Below the pieces are notes generated by a model, which was not told where the DNA came from, searched no databases, and worked only from the letters and a program-made list of their open reading frames with translations. Shown piece after piece: positions 54,330-64,000 of a DNA stretch of 64,000 nt (position 1 is its first letter; each line of letters starts with the position of its first letter). The DNA is from Macrostomum lignano (taxonomy: Eukaryota), in the NCBI GenBank assembly GCA_002269645.1, contig NIVC01000020.1:124001-188000 (forward strand), given 5' to 3'. Position numbers and translations under genes: made by a program.

Positions 54330-57300
54330 TCACTTCTCGTCGCCGCCGCCCTCCTTGCGCATATTCTTGTCAGCGTCCCTGTAGTTGGGGAACACCTCCC
54401 AGGGGGTGGAGTACTCGAACTTGCGGAAGTCCTGCGCCAGCTCCACCGGCTCGATCACCACCCGCTTCTGCTCGTCATCGTAGCGGTACTCGTTGTAGCC
54501 AACCAGCGGGAAGTCCTTGCGGAACGGGTGGCCCTGGAAGCCGTAGTCCGTGAGGATGCGGCGCAGGTCGGGGTGGTTGGTGAAGTACACGCCGAACATG
54601 TCCCAGACCTCGCGCTCGTACCAGTTGGCCGCCTGGAACACGGAGCAGCAGGACTCCAGCGGGGTGAGCTCGTCCGTGTAGGTCTTTACCCGCGCCCGGC
54701 AGTTATAGCGCAGAGACAGCAGGTTGTACACCACCTCGAATCGGAACTGCCGGCTGGGCACGTCCACGCAGCAGATGTCGCTCAGGTTCACGAACTGCCC
54801 GGCGTGGTGGTCCTTCAGGAAGGACAGCACGGGCAGGACGCCCTCGGGGTGGATGAGGATCTCCAGCTCGTCAAAGATGGTCACGTCGGCGGACTGGATG
54901 TACTTTGGCAGGCACTCGCCCGCGTACTTGCCGAATGCCTTCAGTGGCTCGCGAATGGCCGGGTCCGAGTAGCGGACAGTGGCTGTGGGGAGAGCAGAGG
55001 GGAGGGGCATTTGAGTTTTTCAAGGCGCGGATTGTGTGGGCGGATGGACACTTGTTCAAGGCGTGAATTGTGTGGGCGGATGGGTCACTTGTTCAAGGCG
55101 TGAATTGTGTGGGCGGATGGGTCACTTGTTCAAGGCGTGAATTGAGTGGGCGGATGGACACTTGTTCAAGGCGTGAATTGTGTGGGCGGATGGGTCACTT
55201 GTTCAAGGCGTGAATTGAGTGGGCGGATGGGTCACTTGTTCAAGGCGTGAATTGAGTGGGCGGATGGACACTTGTTCAAGGCGTGAATTGTGTGGGCGGA
55301 TGGGTCACTTGTTCAAGGCGTGAATTGTGTGGGCGGATGGTCACTTGTTCAAGGCGTGAATTGAGTGGGCGAATGGGTCACTTGTTCAAGGCGTGAATTG
55401 AGTGGGCGGATGGGTCACTTGTTCAAGGCGTGAATTGAGTGGGCGGATGGGTCACTTGTTCAAGGCGTGAATTGAGTGGGCGGATGGGTCACTTGCTCAA
55501 ACCGTGAATTGAGTGGGCGGATGTATCACTTTTCAAGGCGTGAGATTCCGGGTAGAGCCATTTAGGTTTTTTAATCATAGTGTGTTGCCATTTCCTAAAG
55601 TAATTTGTTTTGATGCTGCATTGCATTTGAAGAAAAGGAGCCAGACTGCCAGAGCCCTATAGTAGTGAATTTGAGAAGATATATCCAATTAGAAGAATTT
55701 CAGGTTACTTACGCATTTTCTTCTCTGTGCACAACTCGCGCCTCATAGGTGTTGGAAAACCTTGAAATATAAATGGGAAAAATTAACAATGTCTTTTATG
55801 CATGCATTTGCTAGATGCAGTTAAGACATACTAAAAACTAATACATACATGTACCAAACACTAGTTACATATCTATAAAAGCTTTAGTTAAGAGCCAAAA
55901 AGACAGGCCCTAAGACACAAGTTAATTATTGAAGACACTAATTTAGTTCATAGCAGACACAGGTGCATTATTGAAGACACTAATTTAGTTCATAGCAGAC
56001 AGGTGAATTATTGAAGACACTAATTTAGTTCATAGCAGACACAGGTGAATTATTGAAGACACTAATTTAGTTCATAGCAGACACAAGTGAATTATTGAAG
56101 ACACTAATTTAGTTCATAGCAGACACAAGTGAATTATTGAAGACACTAATTTAGTTCATAGCAGACAGGTGAATTATTGAAGACACTAATTTAGTTCATA
56201 GCAGACACAGGTGAATTATTGAAGACACTAATTTAGTTCATAGCAGACACAGGTGAATTATTGAAGACACTAATTTAGTTCATAGCAGACACAGGTGAAT
56301 TATTGAAGACACTAATTTAGTTCATAGCAGACACAAGTTAATTATTGAAGACACTAATTTAGTTCATAGCAGACACAAGTTAATTATTGAAGACACTAAT
56401 TTAGTTCATAGCAGACACAGGTGAATTATTGAAGACACTAATTTAGTTCATAGCAGACACAAGTGAATTATTGAAGACACTAATTTAGTTCATAGCAGAC
56501 ACAGGTGAATTATTGAAGACACTAATTTAGTTCATAGCAGACACAGGTGAATTATTGAAGACACTAATTTAGTTCATAGCAGACACAAGTTAATTATTGA
56601 AGACACTAATTTAGTTCATAGCAGACACAGGTGAATTATTGAAGACACTAATTTAGTTCATAGCAGACACAGGTGAATTATTGAAGACACTAATTTAGTT
56701 CATAGCAGACACAGGTGAATTATTGAAGACACTAATTTAGTTCATAGCAGACACAAGTTAATTATTGAAGACACTAATTTAGTTCATAGCAGACACAGGT
56801 GAATTATTGAAGACACTAATTTAGTTCATAGCAGACACAAGTGAATTATTGAAGACACTAATTTAGTTCATAGCAGACACAGGTGAATTATTGAAGACAC
56901 TAATTTAGTTCATAGCAGACACAAGTGAATTATTGAAGACACTAATTTAGTTCATAGCAGACACAGGTGAATTATTGAAGACACTAATTTAGTTCATAGC
57001 AGACCCAGGTGAATTATTGAAGACACTAATTTAGTTCATAGCAGACACAGGTGAATTATTGAAGACACTAATTTAGTTCATAGCAGACACAAGTGAATTA
57101 TTGAAGACACTAATTTAGTTCATAGCAGACACAGGTGAATTATTGAAGACACTAATTTAGTTCATAGCAGACACAGGTGAATTATTGAAGACACTAATTT
57201 AGTTCATAGCAGACAGGTGAATTATTGAAGACACTAATTTAGTTCATAGCAGACACAGGTGAATTATTGAAGACACTAATTTAGTTCATAGCAGACACAG

Positions 57301-60300
57301 GTGAATTATTGAAGACACTAATTTAGTTCATAGCAGACACAGGTGAATTATTGAAGACACTAATTTAGTTCATAGCAGACACAGGTGAATTATTGAAGAC
57401 ACTAATTTAGTTCATAGCAGACACAAGTTAATTATTGAAGACACTAATTTAGTTCATAGCAGACACAAGTTAATTATTGAAGACACTAATTTAGTTCATA
57501 GCAGACACAGGTGAATTATTGAAGACACTAATTTAGTTCATAGCAGACACAAGTGAATTATTGAAGACACTAATTTAGTTCATAGCAGACACAGGTGAAT
57601 TATTGAAGACACTAATTTAGTTCATAGCAGACACAGGTGAATTATTGAAGACACTAATTTAGTTCATAGCAGACACAAGTTAATTATTGAAGACACTAAT
57701 TTAGTTCATAGCAGACACAGGTGAATTATTGAAGACACTAATTTAGTTCATAGCAGACAGGTGAATTATTGAAGACACTAATTTAGTTCATAGCAGACAG
57801 GTGAATTATTGAAGACACTAATTTAGTTCATAGCAGACATAGGTGAATTATTGAAGACACTAATTTAGTTCATAGCAGACACAGGTGAATTATTGAAGAC
57901 ACTAATTTAGTTCATAGCAGACACAAGTGAATTATTGAAGACACTAATTTAGTTCATAGCAGACACAGGTGAATTATTGAAGACACTAATTTAGTTCATA
58001 GCAGACACAGGTGAATTATTGAAGACACTAATTTAGTTCATAGCAGACAGGTGAATTATTGAAGACACTAATTTAGTTCATAGCAGACACAGGTGAATTA
58101 TTGAAGACACTAATTTAGTTCATAGCAGACACAGGTGAATTATTGAAGACACTAATTTAGTTCATAGCAGACACAGGTGAATTATTGAAGACACTAATTT
58201 AGTTCATAGCAGACACAGGTGAATTATTGAAGACACTAATTTAGTTCATAGCAGACACAGATGAATTATTGAAGACACTAATTTAGTTCATAGCAGACAC
58301 AAGTGAATTATTGAAGACACTAATTTAGTTCATAGCAGACACAGGTGAATTATTGAAGACACTAATTTAGTTCATAGCAGACACAGATGAATTATTGAAG
58401 ACACTAATTTAGTTCATAGCAGACACAGGTGAATTATTGAAGACACTTCTTATTCAACAAATTCAACAATTCTTATATGCAATACAACTATATTGTTTCA
58501 AATCTAGAATTGTTATAGCATGTCTTTCCCTCTCTAAACCCTTTTCTCTAATGTATATAAACTAATGTAGATTGTCATATTCAAAAAGATCAACCCTTAT
58601 AACATTGAAAAAATATCAATAAAAAGATTCTTTGGTAACTCCCACCTCATTTTACATTCCTGCCTTCATTTTCATTTCTTAGTAGAAAATAGTTTTAGAA
58701 AGAGAAAACTTTTTGTCTGCTTAAAAAACAAACTATGGGTAGACAAAATGACTAGCATCCACCCTATATATATATGATCTTGCTATTAACTTTTAAGGAC
58801 AATTAATTGCTAGGACATTAGCATGTTAGCAAAATCCTTTTTCTATATTTAATATCATTATATTAAAAATCCAAGCTATAATAGTCAAAACTAGAGTTTT
58901 TAGATAACCAATCATTTTGCCATAAACCATTTTGGCCATAGACATTTTGCCCCCAGACCATTTTGCCCATAGACCATTTTGGCCATGGACCATTTCTAAA
59001 CTCTATGAATTTAAACTGTGCTTTATTTCTTAATTTTAGTGACAAACTTATTCTTTTAGTATTTTTAGCTTTACCTTGCCTGTAACCAAAACCCTTTCTC
59101 ACCCTCTTTTAATAACTGATTGTTCAAATTGGCTTTATTTGCCATGCACTTTTGAAAGGAATAAATTTCATATAATCACCATTTTGGCCAAAATGCCTAT
59201 AACTAAACTGGTTTATGGGCAAAATGAACTATGGGCAAAATGGTCTAGTGGCAAAATGTCCCATGGCCAAAATAGTTTGGGGGCAAAACAACTAGAATTG
59301 GGGTTTTTATTATTTAATAGTTAAGCAATAAGCAAAGCCTAAATATTAGGGCAATTTGGTATTACTATTACATGTGTTAATATTATAACAAATTTAATAG
59401 GCCCTATATCATGGCCATATGATGATTGACTTTCCTAAATAAATTCAGACTGCAGCACACTAAAAGTAGGCCTAAAAAGTAGCACTAAAAAGTAGCACAC
59501 TAAAAAGTAGGCCTAAAGCAAAAACTTTAACATTAGGGCCTATGAGAGGTGATTGATAAGTTGTGCAAATGATCTCACAACTCAGTGTTACAGCAGCCAA
59601 GGCATCTAATCAGTGTCACATTCCCTCAAAGTACTTTCCACCACCATCTATGCACCATTGCATACGTGTGCACCATGTCTAAAAGCAGTCATGGTACTTT
59701 GAAGTTGGTATACCCTGTAGAGCTAAATGTACTGCTTGGGCAAGGTCTTGTATGCGTTACAATGGCCTCCCAGAAATTACGGATTTGATCCTTGGGAACA
59801 GCCAAAAGTCACAAGGTGCTAGGTCTGGACAGTAGGGAAGATGGGGCAGCAGCTAGACCCCTTGCTGCTTTAAGTATGCCAATGATTGAGGCCACTCTGT
59901 GCAGTGCCACTTTGTCATGGTGCAGTAGGAGTCAAGGTCCATGCCTGGTTCGCATATATTCCTGCTGCTCCTACAGCACACCTGGCAGAACAGTGTCTGT
60001 GTAATACCTGGCAGTCACTGTGGCACCCGCTAGAAGGATGTTTACCGATACAACACTAAGAGTTGAAAAAAATGGTGAACATCCGTTTCTGACTACAGAA
60101 TCTAGTTTTTAACACCTCAAGCATTGGCTCATCTTCTGTTAGACTGCTTATCCTTCATGGTAAAGATTAAAGAAGGAGATCCAATATTTGTCTCCTGTTA
60201 TAATATCCAATAGTCATTGTGGGCTGTGGGGCTCAAACATTTACAGCCATAAGCGGCAGATGCACACCCTCTTTGCTTACTGCTCTAGAGTGGAAGATGG

Positions 60301-61085
60301 ATACCCACTGAGTGCAAGTCTTTGTGTGGCCTAGTTGCTCATGCATGATGTTATGAGCATTTCCATAGCTGACATTAATATTATAGGCAAGGAATCTTAG
60401 CATAATGTTTCAATCCTCACAATTTATTGCATTGGCATGGGCCATGATATCTTTAGTCATGGATGTCCAGGGTAAGCTAGACCTTGGTTCATTGTTGAAG
60501 CTGTCTCAGCCTTCCAAGAAATAGCACACCCAGCAGGCAACTGTGTCAAATGATGGAGCAGAGTTAGTTAAAACATTCACTAGATTAGGCCAATTATGAA
60601 TCTCAGTCACTCTGTAGCCAAGTTGCATGTGCATAAAGATATAGAAGCAAATACTGTCTTTTGATGGTTCCATCAGCTACTGAAAACACATGGAAAATAT
60701 ATGGCTATGAAATTTGACTGGGCACATTTGGAAGCCAAAAATGCATATTATAGGCCTAGCAAACAGATATAGCCAAATATGTATAAGTTCTTGGCTTTTG
60801 TCGATTCTATACCTAAAAGCAATAACAGGAGGTTGCAGAACTTTTTGATCACCCCTTGTAACAAGCTTTCAAAAAGCAACATCAAATAATCAAATCAAAT
60901 AACAAATATCAAATCAAAGAATCACTATATTTAGGGCTAGGCCATTTTTTCCACATACCTGAAATCATCGAAGCATTTATACGGCTACAAGCTGGAGCAG
61001 TTAAAGTCTCTTTTAAAAATGCACTCGTACATGATGTCGCTCCAGGCAATGAGCGAAGCTTTAGGATGTGCTTCAAGTTAATCAT
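54330..61085 (-). CDS. NDUFS3: NADH:ubiquinone oxidoreductase core subunit S3 (30 kDa), 3 exons, about 275 aa
   Basis: Exons 61085-60959 (basic, Ser/Thr-rich presequence [14 protein letters not shown]...), 55760-55713 ([11 protein letters not shown]) and 54982-54330 (PTVR...ECLPKYIQ...[22 protein letters not shown]...[12 protein letters not shown]...[22 protein letters not shown]). Phases 1/1 are consistent. Confidence 0.92.
55018..55542 (+). repeat. 37-38 bp minisatellite in NDUFS3 intron 2
   Basis: TTCAAGGCGTGAATTGAGTGGGCGGATGGGTCACTTG repeated. Confidence 0.94.
55915..58447 (+). repeat. 42 bp (40 bp variant) x about 60 satellite in NDUFS3 intron 1
   Basis: GAATTATTGAAGACACTAATTTAGTTCATAGCAGACACAGGT repeated over 2.5 kb. 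Confidence 0.97.
58905..59295. mobile_element. Foldback-like element with internally repetitive inverted arms
   Basis: The left arm has about 5 copies of ACCATTTTG(C/G)CCATAG. The right arm carries the reverse-complement copies (CTATGGGCAAAATGGT etc.). The spacer is about 200 bp. Confidence 0.55.
59541..60860 (-). mobile_element. Full-length (1320 bp) decayed mariner/Tc1-family DNA transposon
   Basis: TA-flanked TIRs: TATGAGAGGTGATTGATAAGTTGTGCAA (59541) and the reverse complement of 60860, TACAAGGGGTGATCAAAAAGTTCTGCAA. Broken transposase on the minus strand: [76 protein letters not shown]. Confidence 0.88.
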
Positions 61086-61570
61086 ATTTTTTATCAATTA
61101 TCACTATATGTCTAACAAATTGGTACTTTAAATCGCTAGGAAACTTTAAAAATAGGCTTATGATATAAAACAAACAAACCCTCGGTACGACTGATTTAGA
61201 ATACTTTTTACTATATCCAACTATAAGCGTAAGGCTTCTCAACTTTAGTAAAAAAAATTTAATACTAGAAACGTGTAACACTTCTAAAGGTTAGTTAGTT
61301 AGAATATTTAACTCGATAATAAATTTTAAATTTAAGAGTAGATTTTAACAAAGAAATCTTTTTTTATTGATTAAGGCAGCTTTATATTAACTTGAAACTT
61401 ATAATAATTTTTTTAAATGTTTAAAAAATGAAACATTTGATCGTTGCTATGTTTATTAGCTTTTATTATGTACACAGATTATATATTTTGACATCGAATT
61501 CTTTCCTCAATTTGCTCAAATTTAGAAACAACGCGCACTCTCTGCTTTTCTGTTAATATTAATTCTCAAA
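61086..61570. promoter_or_regulatory. Candidate bidirectional promoter between NDUFS3 and TMEM107
   Basis: Divergent ATGs at 61085 (-) and 61571 (+), with 485 bp of AT-rich spacer. Inferred from the arrangement only. Confidence 0.5.
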
Positions 61571-62851
61571 ATGAGGGTCAACGGTCTAATCCCAGCCCGC
61601 TTTCTTGTTCTGATTTCTCATATTGTTATTACTGTAACGATCTTCATTTCAAGAGTAAGTTTTTGCATGACATTTAATATTTAGTGTGACTTTTAATCCG
61701 AATATTACTCTGGCTTTCAACAAGACTTGCTTTTTAGACTTGCTTTACAGCTGAATCAGAGAATAGGAAAATACATTTTTAATAATTTTTTATGTGCTGC
61801 TGAATGGAATGAAGTAAATACGTTCCATTTTAGTACATAGTATTTAGTAAATGTTATGTTATCTGCTTGGGATAAATTTTATCACATTATACGGTTTGTC
61901 TGTAGGGCTTTTAATGACAAATCAATCAATACTGAAATTACTTTTTATGCCATCTGATTTTAGGATCTTCACATAAAAGCATCTCTGTCGACTACGTACA
62001 CTACTGCCGAATACAATGCGGAGGACCTCAAGTAAGATTGATTGTCCTCTTTACTTTTTTATTGGGAACTGGTTTATTTTTTTCAAATAAAATATTTTTG
62101 ACCTTGTGTGCTTTCAGGTTCATCATCGTACTGGCAGTCTCGTGTTTCCTGTTCGCATTCGAGTTGCTATCCTTCCTGTTCGGCGTGACGATGTTCCTGC
62201 CGACACAGAGCCTTTTCTGTATCCTTTCAAAAAATTGCTTATTTGACATGCTCTCATAGGCCCAAAAATGCTTAGGCTAGGTAGAATTCAAGGAAAATCT
62301 CCTTAACTCTGTCCCATCCCTTCAGCCATCATAATCCACTGCGGCGGCACCGTCAGCTCCTGCTACTTCGTGCTCTGGGCCTGGAGCTACAGCCGCTTCT
62401 GGCCGATCTTCGCTGTGACCATCGCGCTGCCAGCCCTGCTGGACCTCAGCCAGCTCATAGAGCGGGGCCTCCGCAAGCAGCTGTGATGAAGCCCAACTGC
62501 ACCTCCCCAGCAGCCACCGGTCTTTCCCGTCCAACCCCACTAGGCGGCTGCTGTGCAGCGCAGAGAAATCAATAAATCTGTCAGCCATTCCTTAACTCCT
62601 CGATTCCTCAAACCGAAATCGCAGCCACCGCCTCGCACTTCGCCGGCTCCGTGGCGCTGCTGCTGTTCCTGCTCGACTCCTGGCCCGTCAACGACTTCTT
62701 CTACATCTTCGGTTTCTGCATCGCCTTCCCGGCCGTCACCGAAGTCTTCGCCATCATCTCCGCCTTCTCCTACTCGCCCAAGTCTGCCGAGGCGCCCGCC
62801 AAATCCTCCAAGCAGGCGGCCGGGCAGCGGGGCGGCGCGAAAGCCTCCTAA
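61571..62851 (+). CDS. TMEM107: Transmembrane protein 107 (ciliary transition zone), with two alternative last exons
   Basis: Exons 61571-61654 (MRVNGLIPARFLVLISHIVITVTIFISR), 61964-62031 and 62118-62218 (FAFELLSFLFGVTMFLPTQSLF), then either 62326-62486 (HCGGTV...FWPIFAVTIALPALLD, 137 aa) or 62625-62851 (HFAGSVAL...FFYIFGFCIAFPAVTEV, 159 aa). The last intron has a U12 donor GTATCCTTT at 62219. Confidence 0.9.
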
Positions 62852-63500
62852 ATTCCAAAATCGTCCATCGTCGGTTCTCGTAGAGGGTGTGACAAATTTT
62901 GCGTCTCACAAATTATTGTTGCATGGTTGGTGCGAATTTGTATTTATCTGGTTGCCTGTGCCCCCGCAAAGCTCGGTTGCCATCCAAAGGTCCTTGGCAT
63001 GCCAGATTTCCTGTTTCGAATTCCTCTGTCCAGGCCGCTGCGGGCCGGCCCTGCAGCCACAGACAGAAATGTCAAGTGTAGCTATTGTTTACTATTTTCA
63101 AAGGCTCCTGAGATCAGCCAATCGCTCGGAATGATATTCCTGCTTCGCTGGTACCATAGTATGAGCAAATAAAATCTCAAGCGCTTCTTACATTTCTAAA
63201 ATGGATTTCTGGTCTCATTTTTTCTCAAATTTTACAGTCTGGCTTTAACTGACTACTGTTAAAGCAGTTGTTCTCTAATCCAGCGAGGAACTGCAGCCAG
63301 CTGTAGACTTTATTGACATTTTATGGCCAGTTGAAAGACTCAAGCCTTCAGTTTAAGTTTATTTCTCCACTGAAAAAATAAAAAAACAGAAAGCGATTGC
63401 GGCGCTCAGGTCTCACAGTCTTGGATTGCACCAGCGGCTCAGTCGGTGCCAGCTTCGTCACAGCCTGAGCTGGCAGCACATTTTGGCCCGCTGGGCACCT

Positions 63501-64000
63501 TCAAGACCTCCGGTGCATCAAGCTGCCGTCCAGGGTCGGCCAGATTGACCGCTGCTCCGCAAGCGACGGCAGTGGGACCGCGGTGCCGGCCGCAGTGGAC
63601 CGGCTGGCTCTGCGCAGTCCCGCGCCCGCTGCCGAGCCCCGCGCCCTGCCGCTCGGCGCGACTCTCAAGGACTGTCTGGTCGCGGACTGCGCATCCGCCG
63701 CCTGCGACTGCCGCTGCACGCCGCCCTCTGAACTGCCGCTGCCACCACGACCGGCCTGCAGCAGCGCCGGCCTGTCCGCCGCCTGAACTGCCGAGTTGCT
63801 GGCGATCGGCGCCGTCGTTGCCGCTGAGGCTGCGGCCGCCTTCCGTCTGCCGAGGCAGAAAAATCGCCACCTGCTGGGCCTCCGCCGCTCCTGCTGCTCC
63901 TGCAGCTCCGGCTGTTGCATCAGATGCGGCTGCTGCTGCTGCTGCGGATGCTGCCGCTGCCCCCTGCTGCTCAGTCTGTCCTGACGGGGCTGCTGCACTC
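63501..64000 (-). CDS. Probable last coding exon of an unidentified gene, truncated at the window edge
   Basis: GC-rich frame open from the window end to a stop at 63501, with a Gln/Ala/Ser-rich low-complexity translation. No family recognised. Confidence 0.4.
   Translation of the reverse strand, partial: VQQPRQDRLSSRGQRQHPQQQQQPHLMQQPELQEQQERRRPSRWRFFCLGRRKAAAASAATTAPIASNSAVQAADRPALLQAGRGGSGSSEGGVQRQSQAADAQSATRQSLRVAPSGRARGSAAGAGLRRASRSTAAGTAVPLPSLAEQRSIWPTLDGSLMHRRS

Noticed and set aside
62855-63300. U8 snoRNA downstream of TMEM107, as in vertebrates
   Set aside because: Only a weak ATCGTC resemblance; no convincing C/D boxes or structure by eye. A covariance-model search would be needed.

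Overview
Eukaryotic (animal) genomic DNA, gene-dense, with GC3-rich exons separated by introns and spacers that each carry their own minisatellite. The style resembles the flatworm Macrostomum; this is inference only. Recognisable genes: an intronless ATM kinase (-), a 9-exon TIR + TMEM268-like fusion gene (-), an intronless WAVE/SCAR gene with an internal frameshift (+), DDRGK1 (-), a coiled-coil/Tudor/CCCH protein (-), MED18 (-), a small membrane ORF (-), NDUFS3 (-), TMEM107 (+), and the 3' end of an unidentified gene at the right edge. TMEM107 has a U12-type intron with two alternative homologous last exons. Mobile DNA: a young 5'-truncated Ty3/gypsy pol, a decayed full-length mariner with both TIRs, decayed Gag and RTE-like LINE fragments, a palindromic MITE and a foldback-like element. 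No CRISPR array, rRNA or tRNA is supported. Exon models were built by hand from GT/AG sites and checked for phase continuity. Family assignments come from remembered motifs, not from database searches.
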